Both the position numbers and the translations under genes were made by a program. Positions 7,331 through 9,715 of a stretch of DNA of 9,715 nt are shown in pieces; the first letter of the stretch is position 1, and each line of letters opens with the position of its first letter. The DNA comes from Azolla caroliniana (Eukaryota > Plantae > Polypodiophyta): the NCBI GenBank assembly GCA_043228905.1, contig JBHGNT010001340.1, positions 1 to 9,715 of the forward strand, read 5' to 3'. The notes under the pieces are model-generated. The model was not told the DNA's origin and searched no databases. It was given only the letters and a program-made list of their open reading frames with translations.

Positions 7331-9715
7331 TTAGACACTAAAGAGCTTAAAAGCACTCAAAGCAAAGGTTGTAATTTTGGAGTGTGATGTCTCTAAGTTG
7401 CAAACAATCAAATAGAGATTGCTTGAGGGACTGCTTAAGAAGCTAACTTCATGCAGTTGGTTTTGATCAAAGACCTTATTATTGCGGGCTGTCAAAATGG
7501 TCCAAAGTGCCCAAAATCGTGTCCATTGGAGAAAATAGGCATTGTCGGATAGGGCGCATGGAATTTGTCCAAATATCCAAAAGTGTTTACCAAACCTTCG
7601 GCCAGGAAATCTGTGATAAAGAGATGCACTTAGTCGTTGTACAAATGTTATAGTGAATGAACAAGTCCATAATAAGTGTGGGATTGTTTCCAATCGTCCA
7701 CCACATCTTGCACAATGTGGCGAGGCTATCGATCGCTTTTGAAGATTAGACCCAGTCGAGAGCACACCCAATAAGCATCTCCATAGGAATACCCGTTGCT
7801 TAAGTGGAAGACCAGAGCTCCATAAGCTTGCAAGCCTGTTATTCCACCAGGACTGCATTTTGTGTAGGTTCCATAATGCATTTGCACGCTCGTGAAACCA
7901 TGGGACAGGTTGCAACAACATATACACTGAATGTGTTGTAATGTTATGCATTGGAATAACAGTGTTCCCTTTTTGTAACATCCAATCTTGAATCCTGCGA
8001 TCTCCATTGAGAGGTGGCACAGGTACTAATGAAAGCACCAACTCAGTGACTTGATTCCATATAATGCGATGATGTGGCCCAAGATTATAGCGACATGTCA
8101 TGTCATTGAAATGCAATAAGTGACCTTGGTCATTTACCACATCTACAATTGATTTCAGCCCCTTCTTTGCTAAAAAATAAGCTTTCCTAGGCTCTTGTTC
8201 AGCTAATGACTGTGGGAATATAGCACTCCAGTCTAAGCTTTCGAGGCGTAAAGAGTTCCTGATTCTGAATTCCTACCTCTCCATTTTATGTGGTGCAATA
8301 TGTCCTTCCAGTGCTTTAGAAGCTTTGAGCTAAACGGACAACCTTTGATGTGCCTGTCAAGCTTTCCAAACACTACATCCCAATGATTAGTTTCCCATGA
8401 GCCAAATGACTGAGTTTTTAAATGATCAAACATATCAGATAGCATTCTTGCCCAAGGCAATGTTTTTTCAGCAAATTTCGGCAATAAAGTAGCTTTTCTA
8501 GCCAACATATGCAAAGGCAAATTAAGAAAAATTTTCCCTCCACTCAATCGTGGAGTGCATATCTTCTCTAGTATTAAAAGTCGTATACCTCTATGCGACT
8601 GCTTAGAGCACCAAAAGTTGCTTATGATTTCTGAGTTAATCTTTTGTATCATGTGTTTCGGCCAATCAATCATAATTACATAATACTGCATATAAGCCAT
8701 GAATATTGATTGCACTATCCTCAATCTGACATGGAGTGGCCATGTTGCAATCTTCCAATAGCTTAGCTTTTGTCTCACTTTTTGCAGAACCCATTCAGCC
8801 TTTCTTTTCCCTGTTGCATTCCATCCCAATGGATAGCCAAGATGTCTAACCATTTCATTTGGGCTAACAACCTGACCTGGCCACAGAAGTTGATGCCAAC
8901 TATATGGCGTCAAGGGTAGAAGTTTGGACTTGTTGAAGTTAACATGCAATCCAGTAGCCAATCCATACAATTTGAGGGCATCCATAATCACCCTCATATC
9001 ATTTGGATTGTTTTGTGATAGGAATGATGTATCATCTGCATATGCTTGAGCCACAAAATCATGTTCGTCTTTCATTTGCAAACCATTAAGTTGACCAATT
9101 GATACTAGATTATCCATGCACAATAGTAGTGGATGATCCATGTAAGTGCATACAACAATGCACTTATAGGACAACCTTGTCGTACTGATTTGGCTAAGCT
9201 CCATGAATCTGTCAATTCACCCTCAATAATGCATGAAGATGTGCTAGACCCATAAAGCCAATAGATTACTCGAGACATTTTTGGACCAAATCCTAGTTTG
9301 ACCATTGTGGCTGCCACAAAATCCCATTGGATGGTGTCAAAGGCCTTTTCAATCTCAATTTGCATGAGCAATACATCTTGTTTGGTGTATTTGGCATACT
9401 CCATTCCAATATAAGCATTGGCAATATTATCTATAATTTGCCTTCGAGGAATGAACCCATACTGGGTTTACGTGTATGCATCCCAACAAAGTGTCCTTAA
9501 TACGATTAGCAATTATCTTTGCAATAAGTTTGTAGATCACTGGCATGAGAGTGATTGGTCGCCAATCTGAAAAGGATTCACACAGTTTCTTTTTGGGTAT
9601 TAATTTGACCAAACCTTCTTTCCATGAGATCGGCATATCCCATTGTTGCCAAGCATTATTTGCCATAGATGGGATTAAATCCTTAAGAACATCCCAAAAT
9701 TCTGTAATGAACTCT
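7331..9715 (-). pseudogene. LINE ORF2 (RT plus zf-RVT), partial, with at least three frameshifts
   Basis: Motifs LIPKK...WRPITL...YKLIAKIIANR, QYGF, IEKAFD, VRQGCPIS, YADD, GLHVNFNKS, HLGYPL, CARCGGRLETIPHLLWTC and ARNNKVF. Frame changes near 9465, 9140 and 8257. Confidence 0.93.

Larger units (their letters stand above)
7238..9715 (-). mobile_element. L1-clade LINE (non-LTR retrotransposon), 3' portion; continues off the right edge
   Basis: Non-LTR RT and C-terminal CCHC domain, followed by a short 3' UTR, AATAAA and an A-rich tail. Confidence 0.93.

Noticed and set aside
1-9715. A novel multi-gene biological system
   Set aside because: All convincing coding sequence is accounted for by three decayed retroelements, and the 5441-7237 spacer shows no supportable gene.

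Overview
Plant-type, transposon-dense DNA with no recognisable host gene, RNA gene or CRISPR array. A non-seed plant such as a fern is plausible, but that is only an inference from the element types. There are three decayed retroelements: a Ty1/copia LTR retrotransposon, a Ty3/gypsy-like element that the copia inserted into, and the 3' part of an L1-clade LINE (minus strand, 7238 to the window end). The main structural signal is that the two copia LTRs (293-613 plus strand, 4814-5135 minus strand) face each other yet share one 5-bp target-site duplication (AGCAC). Joining their flanks at that TSD restores an uninterrupted gypsy reading frame. So one nested insertion appears to have been split by an inversion (or a misassembly), with a breakpoint near 1105. 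The restored gypsy junction also shows a candidate -1 frameshift site. I find no support for a new gene system here; the interest is structural and evolutionary.
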